51,410 nt of DNA from Roseicyclus sp. (lineage in GTDB: Bacteria > Pseudomonadota > Alphaproteobacteria > Rhodobacterales > Rhodobacteraceae). The notes beneath the pieces are model-generated. The model was not told the origin of the DNA. It did not search any database and saw nothing but the letters and a program-made list of their open reading frames with translations. Both the position numbers and the translations under genes were made by a program. The DNA lies in contig JAESTV010000085.1 in the NCBI GenBank assembly GCA_016763475.1, positions 1 through 51,410 of the forward strand. Reading direction: 5' to 3'. This document shows positions 10,292 through 19,614 of the stretch, piece after piece. Within the stretch, counting starts at the first letter, position 1, and the number at the start of each line of letters is the position of its first letter.

Positions 10292-11995
10292 TCAAACATC
10301 CTCACCCCGCCGAACCGCCGCCTCAACTGCCGCGATATCCTCTGGCGAGAGGCCGTAGTCCTGTGCCGCATCGTCCGCCGTGATGTAACCCCGCGCCAGA
10401 TCGCGCCGCACTGCCGCCGGGTCGCGCTCCATCGGATTGCCGTAGCCAGCACCACCGGGAAAAGCCATCTCCACGCGGCGTCCAGCGGGGACAAACTGTT
10501 TGCCCTTCACACGCATCGCCGTCCCGTCGTCCAGCGCAATGGTGGTGCGCCCACCCGCATGGCCACCGCGACGCCCGAGCGCCGGGTGATCGCCACGATC
10601 GAACATGGCTTGCAGGTCAAACTCATGGCCCTCCATCGCGCTGACATCCATATATTGACCAAGTCCGCCGCGTGTCTTGCCTGCGCCACCTGATCCAGGG
10701 CGCAGCTCTTTGCGCCAGATAATCACTGGCCCCGCGTGTTCTGTCGCCTCAATTGGCATCGTCATCACACCAGACGGGAACGCAGTTGCATTTAACCCGT
10801 CAAAGGTGGGTCGTGCGCCTGATCCACCAGAGTTGAAGGTCAGCACCTCGGCGCGCCGAGCATCCGCAGGCGCATTGGCCACAGGGCGCACAGACATCTG
10901 GAAATTGCACAGGCATCCCGCGCCCTCAGCGGGCACCAACCCCGGCACAATCTTGTCGAAGGCATTAAACACCACATCGGGCACGAAATGCCCCACGATA
11001 TGGCGCAGGGCAACCGGCGCGGGGTGGATTGCGTTGACGATGGTGTTGTCGGGCGCGGTTACCTCAAACGGAGCCAGCGAGGCCGCGTTGTTGGGGATTT
11101 CCGGCGCGATAGCGACCTTCAGGGCGTAACAGGCATAAGCCTTGGTGTAGACCATCGGGCAGTTGATGCCTTTCTTGTCCACACCTGATGTGCCGGTGAA
11201 ATCAGTGACAATCCGGTCTTCTTCAATGCTGACCCGCACCTTCAACGTGATCGGCACGTCGAAGCCGTCCACCGTCATCTGACCCTCCGCTGAGGTTCGG
11301 GGCAGGGCGTTGATCCGCTCCAGGGTTGCGCGCCGCGAATTGTCGAGGATGAAGGTGGCGATCCCATCAAGGTTATCCAGCCCAAACTCCTCCATCATAT
11401 CAATCAAACGGCGGTGGCCGATCTCGTTGCAGGTTGCCAAAGCGTAGATGTCACCGATCAGCTGGTCCGGCTCGCGTACATTGCCACGAACGATCCGGAT
11501 CAGCGTGGCATCCACCGTTCCGCGGTCGGCAAATTTCATGATCGGAAGGTAGATACCTTCCTCGTAGACCGAGTGCGCATCGGCCCCGAACCCGCGCCCA
11601 CCAACATCAACGACGTGGGCGGTACAGGCGAAGAAGCCGACCAAAGCCCCCTTGTGAAACGATGGCGTCACCATGGTGAAGTCATGAAGATGCCCGGTGC
11701 CCTCCCATGGGTCATTGGTGATGTAGATATCGCCGTCAAAGATGTTCTCGCGCCCGATCCGGCGGATGAAATGCGGCACCGCATCGGCCATGGCGTTGAC
11801 GTGCCCCGGTGTGCCGGTGACCGCTTGCGCCAACATGCGCCCATCGGTGTCGTAGACGCCTGCCGACAGGTCTCCGGCCTCGCGAACCGAAGTAGAGAAC
11901 GCCGTGCGCACCAGTGCCTGCGCCTGCTCCTCGACAACCGAGATCAGGCGGTTCCACATGACTTGGTACGCGACGGTTGAGTGATCCTGAGCCAT
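10292..11995 (-). CDS. Hydantoinase B / 5-oxoprolinase subunit
   Basis: RTAFSTSVREAGDLS, ITNDPWEGTGHLHD, HVVDVGG, GSGGAGKTRGGLG and PGGAGYG. Confidence 0.93.
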   Translation of the reverse strand: MAQDHSTVAYQVMWNRLISVVEEQAQALVRTAFSTSVREAGDLSAGVYDTDGRMLAQAVTGTPGHVNAMADAVPHFIRRIGRENIFDGDIYITNDPWEGTGHLHDFTMVTPSFHKGALVGFFACTAHVVDVGGRGFGADAHSVYEEGIYLPIMKFADRGTVDATLIRIVRGNVREPDQLIGDIYALATCNEIGHRRLIDMMEEFGLDNLDGIATFILDNSRRATLERINALPRTSAEGQMTVDGFDVPITLKVRVSIEEDRIVTDFTGTSGVDKKGINCPMVYTKAYACYALKVAIAPEIPNNAASLAPFEVTAPDNTIVNAIHPAPVALRHIVGHFVPDVVFNAFDKIVPGLVPAEGAGCLCNFQMSVRPVANAPADARRAEVLTFNSGGSGARPTFDGLNATAFPSGVMTMPIEATEHAGPVIIWRKELRPGSGGAGKTRGGLGQYMDVSAMEGHEFDLQAMFDRGDHPALGRRGGHAGGRTTIALDDGTAMRVKGKQFVPAGRRVEMAFPGGAGYGNPMERDPAAVRRDLARGYITADDAAQDYGLSPEDIAAVEAAVRRGEDV

Positions 11996-11999
11996 GGTC

Positions 12000-14081
12000 C
12001 TACCCCTTCACATTCATATCAATGCAGCCGTCTGGCTGGCGGATCGCATCCCGGCTTGCGGGGATGATGATAGTCGTCTCAGCCTCCGTCACGGCCGCCG
12101 GGCCAACGGCGCGCTGCCCCGATTCCATGGCGTCGCGGTTGATGATTGTGGCCTCCTGAAAGGCCGCTTTCGCCGGATCAAACAATGCCCGGGTGCTGAC
12201 CTGCGCAGCCACTTCGCCCGCAACCGCCACCCCCACCCGCTCCACGGCCTCTGGTGGCGTCGTCGCATTCACCGACCACACGGTAATTTCGATATCCATG
12301 CCCGCCACAACCCGCCCAAACAACTTCGCATAATCCTCCTCGAAACGGGCCTCAAAAGTTGCGGCGTCAGGGTCCATCGCCTGGCGCTCCGTCAGGTCAA
12401 TCGGGATCTCCCAGCCCTGTCCGGTGTAACGCATGTAAACCTTGAACTCAGACAGGATCGGCGCGTCCCGGTCACAGGTGCGCACAAACCCCGTGGCCTC
12501 CGCCTGCAAATCCGCCAACAACGTGCGGATCACGCCCGGATCAAAATCCGACAATTTCATATAGACCGAGCGGTTCGCCTCAAAACTGAACGGCGCCCGC
12601 AGGAACCCGATAGCAGACCCGACACCGGCCCCCGGCGGCACAAGGCAGCGTGCAATTCCCAGCTTCTCACACAACCGCCCTGCGTGCAGCGGCGCGGCAC
12701 CCCCAAACGCAATCATGGTGTATTGGCTCAGGTCCTCACCGTTCTCCACCGCATGAACCCGTGCGGCGTTTGCCATGTTTTCGTCCACCATTTCAGCCAC
12801 ACCAAAGGCGGCCTCCACAGCGTCCATGCCAAGTATTTCCCCAACATGTGCCAGCAAAGCGGTTTGCGACGCATCCGGGTACAACGGGATGCTCCCGCCC
12901 GCAAAATTGTCCGGGTCCAGTTTACCCAGAACCAAATCCGCATCGGTCACTGCGGGCCGCAGCCCATCCCGCCCGTAACAGGCAGGACCGGGTTCAGACC
13001 CGGCGCTTTCCGGCCCGACCCGGATCTGCCGCATCGCGTCCACATGGGCCAACGATCCTCCGCCCGCTCCAATCTCGACCATATCAATCACCGGGATCGA
13101 GATCGGCATGCCCGACCCTTTCTTGAACCGATAGGTCCGCGCAACTTCAAACACCCGCGAGGTCTTTGGCGTCTGATTTTTGATCAGGCAAATCTTCGCC
13201 GTTGTCCCGCCCATATCGAAACTCAGCACCTTATCCAGCCCATACCGCGCCGCGATGTGGGCCGCGAACACGGCCCCACCCGCAGGCCCGGATTCCACCA
13301 AACGTACGGGGAATTCAGCGGCGCTCTGGATTGAGATAATTCCACCGCCCGAATGCATCAGGAACACCCGACAATCGACACCTTCACTCTGCAACCGCTC
13401 CTCCAGCCGCCCGAGGTACGACGCCATCAGCGGCTTGATATAAGCGTTGGCGACAACGGTATTGAACCGCTCATACTCGCGCATTTGCGGCGAAACTTCG
13501 CACGACAGCGAAATCGCCACATCTGGCAAAACCTCGGCCAAAACCTCGCGCACCATCTGTTCATGGCGTGGGTTCAGATAGGAATGGATCAACCCGACAG
13601 CGACGCTTTCAAAGCCCGCCTCTTTGATCTGCAACGCAACGGCGCGGATGTCATCGGGATCAAGGTCAATCATCACCTCACCCTTGGAATTCACCCGTTC
13701 GTTTACTGTGAACCGCATCTGGCGGGGCAACAAAGGTTCTGGCAACGTCAGGTTCAGATCATATTGTTCAAACCGGGATTCCGTCCGCATTTCGATCACG
13801 TCACGGAAGCCTTGGGTGGTGATCAGCGCGGTCTTTGCTCCGCGCCGCTCAATCAGCGCATTTGTCGCCAATGTTGTGCCGTGGATGATTTGTCCGATCT
13901 GGTCCGGCGACACACCCGCCTTGGCGCAGACCTGATGCATCCCGTCGATGATTGCGTTTTCCGGGGCTGCGTAGGTCGTCAGCACCTTGGCCGAGAATTG
14001 CGCGTCACCTGATTCCAGCACCACGTCGGTAAACGTGCCGCCAATATCCACACCCAGTCGGATTGAAGAGGACGAGATCAT
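12000..14081 (-). CDS. Hydantoinase A / 5-oxoprolinase subunit
   Basis: GVDIGGTFTD, HGTTLATNALIER, ESGPAGG, DMGGTT, GPESAG..PGPACYG and FGGAAPLH. Start taken at ATG 14081. Confidence 0.93.
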   Translation of the reverse strand: MISSSSIRLGVDIGGTFTDVVLESGDAQFSAKVLTTYAAPENAIIDGMHQVCAKAGVSPDQIGQIIHGTTLATNALIERRGAKTALITTQGFRDVIEMRTESRFEQYDLNLTLPEPLLPRQMRFTVNERVNSKGEVMIDLDPDDIRAVALQIKEAGFESVAVGLIHSYLNPRHEQMVREVLAEVLPDVAISLSCEVSPQMREYERFNTVVANAYIKPLMASYLGRLEERLQSEGVDCRVFLMHSGGGIISIQSAAEFPVRLVESGPAGGAVFAAHIAARYGLDKVLSFDMGGTTAKICLIKNQTPKTSRVFEVARTYRFKKGSGMPISIPVIDMVEIGAGGGSLAHVDAMRQIRVGPESAGSEPGPACYGRDGLRPAVTDADLVLGKLDPDNFAGGSIPLYPDASQTALLAHVGEILGMDAVEAAFGVAEMVDENMANAARVHAVENGEDLSQYTMIAFGGAAPLHAGRLCEKLGIARCLVPPGAGVGSAIGFLRAPFSFEANRSVYMKLSDFDPGVIRTLLADLQAEATGFVRTCDRDAPILSEFKVYMRYTGQGWEIPIDLTERQAMDPDAATFEARFEEDYAKLFGRVVAGMDIEITVWSVNATTPPEAVERVGVAVAGEVAAQVSTRALFDPAKAAFQEATIINRDAMESGQRAVGPAAVTEAETTIIIPASRDAIRQPDGCIDMNVKG

Positions 14082-14173
14082 CGTGCATTTCCTTGATATT
14101 GGCCCAAGGCCATAAAGCGGCACCGGGCACGAGACGTCCAATCAATAGATTCCCCCACAGCGATCAAAAAAAT

Positions 14174-15073
14174 TTATCCTCTGGCGCGTGCAGATACGTC
14201 CACCGCCAACGCCGCCGCCGTTTGCACGAAATGCGGCACCCGGAGGGGGTCGTAGCGGGCAAAAAAGTCCAACGTCTCGGGCACCCACCCGCAATCGAAC
14301 TCTACCAAACGGCCCGCTGCCACATCGGTGCAATACATCTGGCGCGGCAACAGCGCCGGGCCCATGCCGTCCAAGGCCATTGCCAGGCATGAGGTCAGGC
14401 TACTGGAATGCACAATTTGGTTTACCGCCAAACCTTGTGTGCGGGCATGACCCGCCAATGCAGCCGAGGCGCGTGTGTTGCGCCCATGGCTCAACACCGG
14501 ATGCGCAAACAACGCGGCAAAATCCGGCGTTTCACCAAGCGCCAGCTCCGGCGCGGCAACCCAGCCGTAGCGATAACGCCCAAGCGCCAAAGAGCCGGCC
14601 ATCTTGCGCGAAAACGGTCCGGTTTGCAGGGCCAGGTCCAACTGCCCCGCAACCAGATCCTTCTCAACCTCCGCTGACAGGTTCACGTCCAACTCCACCC
14701 GGATCCCAGGGTACAGCATTTTGAATTCACGCAGAAAGTCATGTAGCCACGTGCAGGCGACCAACTCAGTCACACCCAATCGCAAGCGATCATCAATCAG
14801 GTCGCGCCGACCCGCGATCTCAAGGAAATCTTCCCCCGCCAGCAACACTTTTCGCGCGGCGAGCAGCAGCGCTTCCCCCTTTTCAGTCAACCGCACTGAC
14901 CCCGCGTCCCGGTGCATCAGCACAATGCCAAGCACATTCTCCAACGTGGCGATCCGGGTTGAGATGTTGGGCTGCGTTGTCCCCAGCACCTCTGCGGCAC
15001 GGCGAAATGAGCCGCTGTCCACGACACATGTGAAAGCTTCGAGTTGCTTGAATGTGACCAAACTTTTGATCAT
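14174..15073 (-). CDS. LysR-family transcriptional regulator
   Basis: N-terminal HTH FKQLEAF..V...GSFRRAAEVLGTTQPNISTRIATLE. Start at ATG 15073. Confidence 0.92.
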   Translation of the reverse strand: MIKSLVTFKQLEAFTCVVDSGSFRRAAEVLGTTQPNISTRIATLENVLGIVLMHRDAGSVRLTEKGEALLLAARKVLLAGEDFLEIAGRRDLIDDRLRLGVTELVACTWLHDFLREFKMLYPGIRVELDVNLSAEVEKDLVAGQLDLALQTGPFSRKMAGSLALGRYRYGWVAAPELALGETPDFAALFAHPVLSHGRNTRASAALAGHARTQGLAVNQIVHSSSLTSCLAMALDGMGPALLPRQMYCTDVAAGRLVEFDCGWVPETLDFFARYDPLRVPHFVQTAAALAVDVSARARG

Positions 15074-15113
15074 TGCAGGCGATCCGATAAAGAAAACTGA
15101 TCCATAGGTTTTC

Positions 15114-16649
15114 TTAAGCCGGGGACGGCCCTCGAGTCCAGCCGCTGAAATCAATCCGAAAACACGCGCCCTGCGCTGACGGCTGCAAGGTAATCTCTCC
15201 CCCCGCGGCCTCCACCGCGGAGCGCACGATGTTCAGCCCCATTCCGGTGCCGCCGCGCCCCCGGCGGGTGGTGAAAAACGGCTCAAACACCTTGTCGCGG
15301 TTTCCATCACTGATCCCGGCGCCGTCATCTGATACCGTGATCCCCTCGTCCACCGTGATCCGTACAGACGTCGCCCCATGCTCCGCCGCGTTCTCCAGCA
15401 GGTGGGTCAGCACCATCGCCAACAGGTCAGCGGGCATCGGCACAACCGCCCCTTCAGGCACAACCTCAACCGTCAGCCCTGCCACCACAGGCACCACATC
15501 CGCGACCACACATTCCCCGCGCAAAACGCCTTGATCGGCAGCGCTGAAATCCCGCATCCGCGCCAGAAGATCTTCCATTCGTGCACTATCGTTGCGGATA
15601 TTCTCCAAGAACCGCACCCGTTGCTCCGGCGACATATCTTCACTCTGCAATAGCTCCGCCGCGCCTTTGATCGACGTGAGGGGTGTTTTCATCTCGTGGC
15701 TGACATGGGCGGTATAGGTCTTCAATGCGTCGCGCTGGTGGTGCAGGCGTTCCGTCAGAGCCTGGAACGACCCCGCCAGAGACTCGATCTCTCGGGTGCC
15801 GTAATGGTCCAGCGGTTCCCACCTTGAGGCCCCACCCATCGCGTCCGTACGTCGGATCAGCGCCCGGATCGGCCGTGTCACGAAGCGCCAGAACACGAAG
15901 CCAATCAAGCCAGTGGACAGCAACACAAAGGCCGCAGCCTGTAACAGGTTCCAGCGCTCTCCATAGAGGAAATGAAAGATGTGGTTGGGCGTGCGGCTCA
16001 GGTAAACCACGCCGATAATATCCTCACCGACCATCGCGGGCATCGCCACAAAAATGCGCACCCGTGTGCCTTGGCTCAGGGTATAAACCGCGCGCGCTGG
16101 CCCCTCCCGCACTCGGGTCCGGGCCACCGAGGTGACCTCACCATTCAACGCCAGCGCCACTTCGCTCACGTGACCCAGATACGCGCCAGCCTCGGCAGTT
16201 CCCGCAATCACCGTGCCGAAGCGGTCGAGGAACCGATACCCCGCCAGGGTTTGCTCCTGTGCGCGAATGGCGATGCGCGACAATTGCGGGCCGATCTCGG
16301 CGTAAAGCGGACCAATTGCCTCCGAAGCCGTGGCCGCATCAGGGCGGGGTGGCAGGATCGCCTGCGGGTTCATCGTGACTGATGGGAACAGCGGCTGATA
16401 GGTCCGGGTTTGTGGTAAAGCCGTCGGCGTGTCTGGCAAGTCAGCGGCGTCGCGGTACAATTGTTCATACGCCGCTGTCAGCACGGCCGCCTGCATCAGC
16501 AGGCTTTCCTCGGTCTGTTGCACCAGCTGATTGGCATAGAAGCGGAACAGCAGCAGCCCCGCAATCGGTAGGCACAGGACCAGCCCAAGAACCACCAACA
16601 CCACGGCCCACAGGCCGGGGCGCCACTTGCGCCTTACGTCGCGCTGCAT
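15114..16649 (-). CDS. Sensor histidine kinase (CreC-like)
   Basis: Two TM segments, HAMP region, H-box VSHEMKTPLTSIKGAAELL, N-box HLLENA, DDGAG, FEPFFTT and GTGMGL. Confidence 0.92.
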   Translation of the reverse strand: MQRDVRRKWRPGLWAVVLVVLGLVLCLPIAGLLLFRFYANQLVQQTEESLLMQAAVLTAAYEQLYRDAADLPDTPTALPQTRTYQPLFPSVTMNPQAILPPRPDAATASEAIGPLYAEIGPQLSRIAIRAQEQTLAGYRFLDRFGTVIAGTAEAGAYLGHVSEVALALNGEVTSVARTRVREGPARAVYTLSQGTRVRIFVAMPAMVGEDIIGVVYLSRTPNHIFHFLYGERWNLLQAAAFVLLSTGLIGFVFWRFVTRPIRALIRRTDAMGGASRWEPLDHYGTREIESLAGSFQALTERLHHQRDALKTYTAHVSHEMKTPLTSIKGAAELLQSEDMSPEQRVRFLENIRNDSARMEDLLARMRDFSAADQGVLRGECVVADVVPVVAGLTVEVVPEGAVVPMPADLLAMVLTHLLENAAEHGATSVRITVDEGITVSDDGAGISDGNRDKVFEPFFTTRRGRGGTGMGLNIVRSAVEAAGGEITLQPSAQGACFRIDFSGWTRGPSPA

Positions 16650-17326
16650 GCGCCCATCCGCAGGCCGACACCGTGCACCGTTGTGATCGCCTCGGGGCAT
16701 CCTGCGTCAGCCAGCTTGGCGCGCAGATTGCGGATGTGGCTATCAATTGTGCGGTCCGAGACGTGGATATTCGCGCCATACACGTCATCCACCAGCTGCG
16801 CGCGTGAGATCACATGATCTGGCCGCCGCATTAACGCCCGAAGCAGTGAGAACTCCGATGTGGTCAGCGCCACCTCTCGCTCCGCGACGTGGCACAGGCG
16901 CCGCTCGACATCCATCTCCAACGCGCCGCGCTGCATTGGCCTATCATCCGCCACAACCCGAACCGAGCGTTTCAGGATCGCCTTTATCCGCGCCACCAAT
17001 TCCCGCGGGCTGAACGGTTTGATGACGTAATCATCGCCGCCAATCTCCATCCCCAACACCCGGTCGATCTCATCATCACGTGCGGTCAGGAACAAGATCG
17101 GCACATCTGAGGTCCGCCGCAGCGCCTTGCAAACCTCGAACCCGTCCATTTCGGGCAACCCGATATCCAACACCACCAGATCAAAGCGGCCACGAAGCGC
17201 CTTCGCCAATCCCTCCAACCCGTTGCCAGCAAACTCTGCCCCAAACCCCGCCGCTTCCACGGCGAAGCCAATGACATCTCGGATATTGGGATCGTCATCG
17301 ACGATCAGGATTCGTGCAGGCATCAA
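16634..17326 (-). CDS. OmpR-family response regulator (CreB-like)
   Basis: ILIVDDD, LDIGLPEMDG, FLTARD, KPFSPREL and winged helix RTIDSHIRNLRAKL..TVHGVG. Confidence 0.93.
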   Translation of the reverse strand: MMPARILIVDDDPNIRDVIGFAVEAAGFGAEFAGNGLEGLAKALRGRFDLVVLDIGLPEMDGFEVCKALRRTSDVPILFLTARDDEIDRVLGMEIGGDDYVIKPFSPRELVARIKAILKRSVRVVADDRPMQRGALEMDVERRLCHVAEREVALTTSEFSLLRALMRRPDHVISRAQLVDDVYGANIHVSDRTIDSHIRNLRAKLADAGCPEAITTVHGVGLRMGACSAT

Positions 17327-17333
17327 TCACACC

Positions 17334-18875
17334 TCAAAGGTCGTGGTAGGTTTCAAGGTAACGTTGCAGACGCCACCGGCGAAAGCCCCATTCCCGCCAA
17401 TCGTCAATCGGGTCAAACCGTAGGGCAGGGTAGGGGCCACGCCCACAGGTGACGTTATCGGTGATCTGGCCATAGTCCATCATCGCGGGGATCGCTTGCT
17501 CCCCCAGATTACACAGATACGCGAGGTCTAGCGACTCCCCCGGTGCGGTTGCGTTGATGTTGTAGTCGGCAATCACATAGGCGAAGTTCACGAAGCAGCA
17601 GAGGTAAAGCGTGCTGGTGACGGCGATCATGTTGGACCGGATCAGCCAGGCCAAAGGCCGCTCCTGCGCCATCTGCACCACAATCAGCGCCAGCGCCACA
17701 AACACCAGCCCCATCCAGATGAACGCGGCCACACGCATGTAGGTCAGTGTGTAGGCCTCCACATACAGGCTTAGCCGGAACATTGCCGTCAGGACCAGAA
17801 ACAGGTTCTGCCCGAGCCACAGATACATCAACCCGCGCAGCACCCGGTTGTCCGCAACCCTCCGGTGCGTGGCCAGCGCAAACGCGCCTGACAGCAGCGC
17901 CGTGACCACAAGCGGATAAGCTCCGCGATGGGCGTATTGGGCGTAGGTCATACCGTCTGGCAACGCCATGCCGCCGGTCAGCACCCCCAAATCGGTCAGG
18001 GTCTGTACTGCAAACATGACGTTGAACAAGACCAGCGAGGCGCGCACAGACTCTGCGTTGATCAATGCGCCGTCACGTAGAGTTTCAGCGCGCGGCACGG
18101 TGGAGGTTTTGGCCAGCTCCCTCCACCACTGGCCTTGCGTATTCAGATAGGGCCACAGGGCACAGGCAGCGAAGCCCCAAAACAGCACCCGCTTGATCTG
18201 CTCGGCTGTAGGCAAGCCCCTGAGGTCGATCTGTGCCAGAGCGTTTTCGATCAGCGGATTGGCAAAGGTAAACAGGAGGCCAAAGACCAGGCCGATGCCA
18301 ACCGGCAGAAGCAAAGCCCGCGCCGCACGTTTGATCGCCGCGCCGCTCTTGGCCTCTCGCACTTCCCGAAAAGCACCCAGCGGCAGCACCAACGCCCCGA
18401 TGAAAGACGCCCGCAAGAACAGCACAAAAACCTGCCACGCGCCGGTGATCCGCCCGAAAGCGATCCACGCCAGAAGCGCGATCAGCCCCGCGCCGCTAAA
18501 CCCCAGCGATAGGGGCTGCACCTGCTCCATCACCGGCAGGTTACACACCAGCGTAAACGCCATCGCCAAAGCACCTTCCCGCAAGGTGACGCCGCCGGGT
18601 TTCAGCGCCAACATGCAGGCCGCCAGCGCCAGCGCATATAGTGCCACGGACACACCGGGATCAGCGCTCCAGAACAACCCGTCCGCCAGCGCAACCAGCA
18701 GGGCCACGGCCCCTAATGCTGCTGGCGGCAAGTGACGCAGACCGGCGCTACCACGTTGCCCGACAACCGGCGCACCTGCACCAACCGTCGCGCCCACCGA
18801 TGCCTCATCCAGAAACCACCGCCCATCCCGTGCGAGGCTCGCCGGAACCCCACGAATAACCAATTGCCCGCCCAT
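17334..18875 (-). CDS. DUF4153/DUF4173-like multi-pass membrane protein
   Basis: Multiple TM segments; F..LF..ANP, LPDGMTYAQYAHRGAYPL and RLSLYVEAYTLTYMR motifs; first gene of the operon with the two-component pair. Confidence 0.75.
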   Translation of the reverse strand: MGGQLVIRGVPASLARDGRWFLDEASVGATVGAGAPVVGQRGSAGLRHLPPAALGAVALLVALADGLFWSADPGVSVALYALALAACMLALKPGGVTLREGALAMAFTLVCNLPVMEQVQPLSLGFSGAGLIALLAWIAFGRITGAWQVFVLFLRASFIGALVLPLGAFREVREAKSGAAIKRAARALLLPVGIGLVFGLLFTFANPLIENALAQIDLRGLPTAEQIKRVLFWGFAACALWPYLNTQGQWWRELAKTSTVPRAETLRDGALINAESVRASLVLFNVMFAVQTLTDLGVLTGGMALPDGMTYAQYAHRGAYPLVVTALLSGAFALATHRRVADNRVLRGLMYLWLGQNLFLVLTAMFRLSLYVEAYTLTYMRVAAFIWMGLVFVALALIVVQMAQERPLAWLIRSNMIAVTSTLYLCCFVNFAYVIADYNINATAPGESLDLAYLCNLGEQAIPAMMDYGQITDNVTCGRGPYPALRFDPIDDWREWGFRRWRLQRYLETYHDL

Positions 18876-18950
18876 AAAACTCTCCTGCCCAATGCGTCAT
18901 TTGTTGACGCCAGACCTGGCAGCAGGGTTTGCAGCTGACCCCTGTAAGTT

Positions 18951-18988
18951 GTGCAAATGAAGCGGAGGTTTCGTGCAGATTCGGTGCA
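18951..18988 (-). promoter_or_regulatory. Phased TGCAC direct repeats, a candidate binding site for the OmpR/CreB-family regulator
   Basis: GTGCA on the plus strand at 18951, 18973 and 18984 (22- and 11-bp spacing), i.e. TGCAC-N6-TGCAC on the minus strand. Same geometry as the E. coli cre-tag TTCAC-N6-TTCAC. Confidence 0.5.
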
Positions 18989-19007
18989 GAGCGGATGGCG
19001 CACCAGC

Positions 19008-19106
19008 GCAAGCCGAAAAGTGGGAACCGGTTTTCGGGCAGCCTTGCGCGCACAAGAAAGATGCAAGCCGAAAAGTGGGAACCGGTTTTCGGGAATCCTT
19101 GCGCGC
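19008..19106. repeat. Two tandem copies of a 44-bp partly palindromic alphaproteobacterial intergenic repeat
   Basis: GCAAGCCGAAAAGTGGGAACCGGTTTTCGGG(CAG/AAT)CCTTGCGCGC at 19008-19051 and 19063-19106; two mismatches, 55-bp period, core CCGAAAA...TTTTCGG. Confidence 0.9.
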
Positions 19107-19614
19107 TGGCCTTGGCCTTGGTCCGGGTATTGGTCCCGAATTCCCAAACCCGATTCGAATCATTCATCCGGGGTAAGGGCAGCCTTACCTTAAGCCCTGC
19201 TTCATCCGAATCGCGGCTGTGTGCCCGTTGCCGCCCGTCGCCACCGCCCCTGTGCGCCGGTCCGCCAAACTGCGGGGAAACCTTACCTCACGTCATGACA
19301 CCCGATAACACCGGGCTAACGTGGGTCTGTCGCGATGCTGTCGGTGACATATCCGACGTTGCGTCATTTGTGAAAAGCCGCCCTTGAAGCCGTTATATTT
19401 CAAGGCCTTACGAAAATGACATCCGATAACAATCTCCCGTTATGACCTTTCTTTCCGCTGAAATTGTCTGACAGGAGCGGTTGCGGCCATGTTGGGTCAT
19501 CGGCTCACCGGGCATTACCCAAAACGAGCTCCACAACACCTGAACCTGAACACAACATCTAAACCCAAACCTACACACCTAAATCAAAACTTCATTTTAA
19601 TAGGAATTCACACC

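Noticed and set aside
19008-19106. Possible CRISPR array
   Set aside because: Only two units with an 11-bp gap and no cas genes in the window; it fits a palindromic intergenic repeat better.
19489-19614. N-terminal extensions in the ORF track for curlin, infB, rimP, the SBP, the kinase and others
   Set aside because: Downstream starts have RBSs, signal peptides or family-typical N-termini, so the extensions were trimmed.
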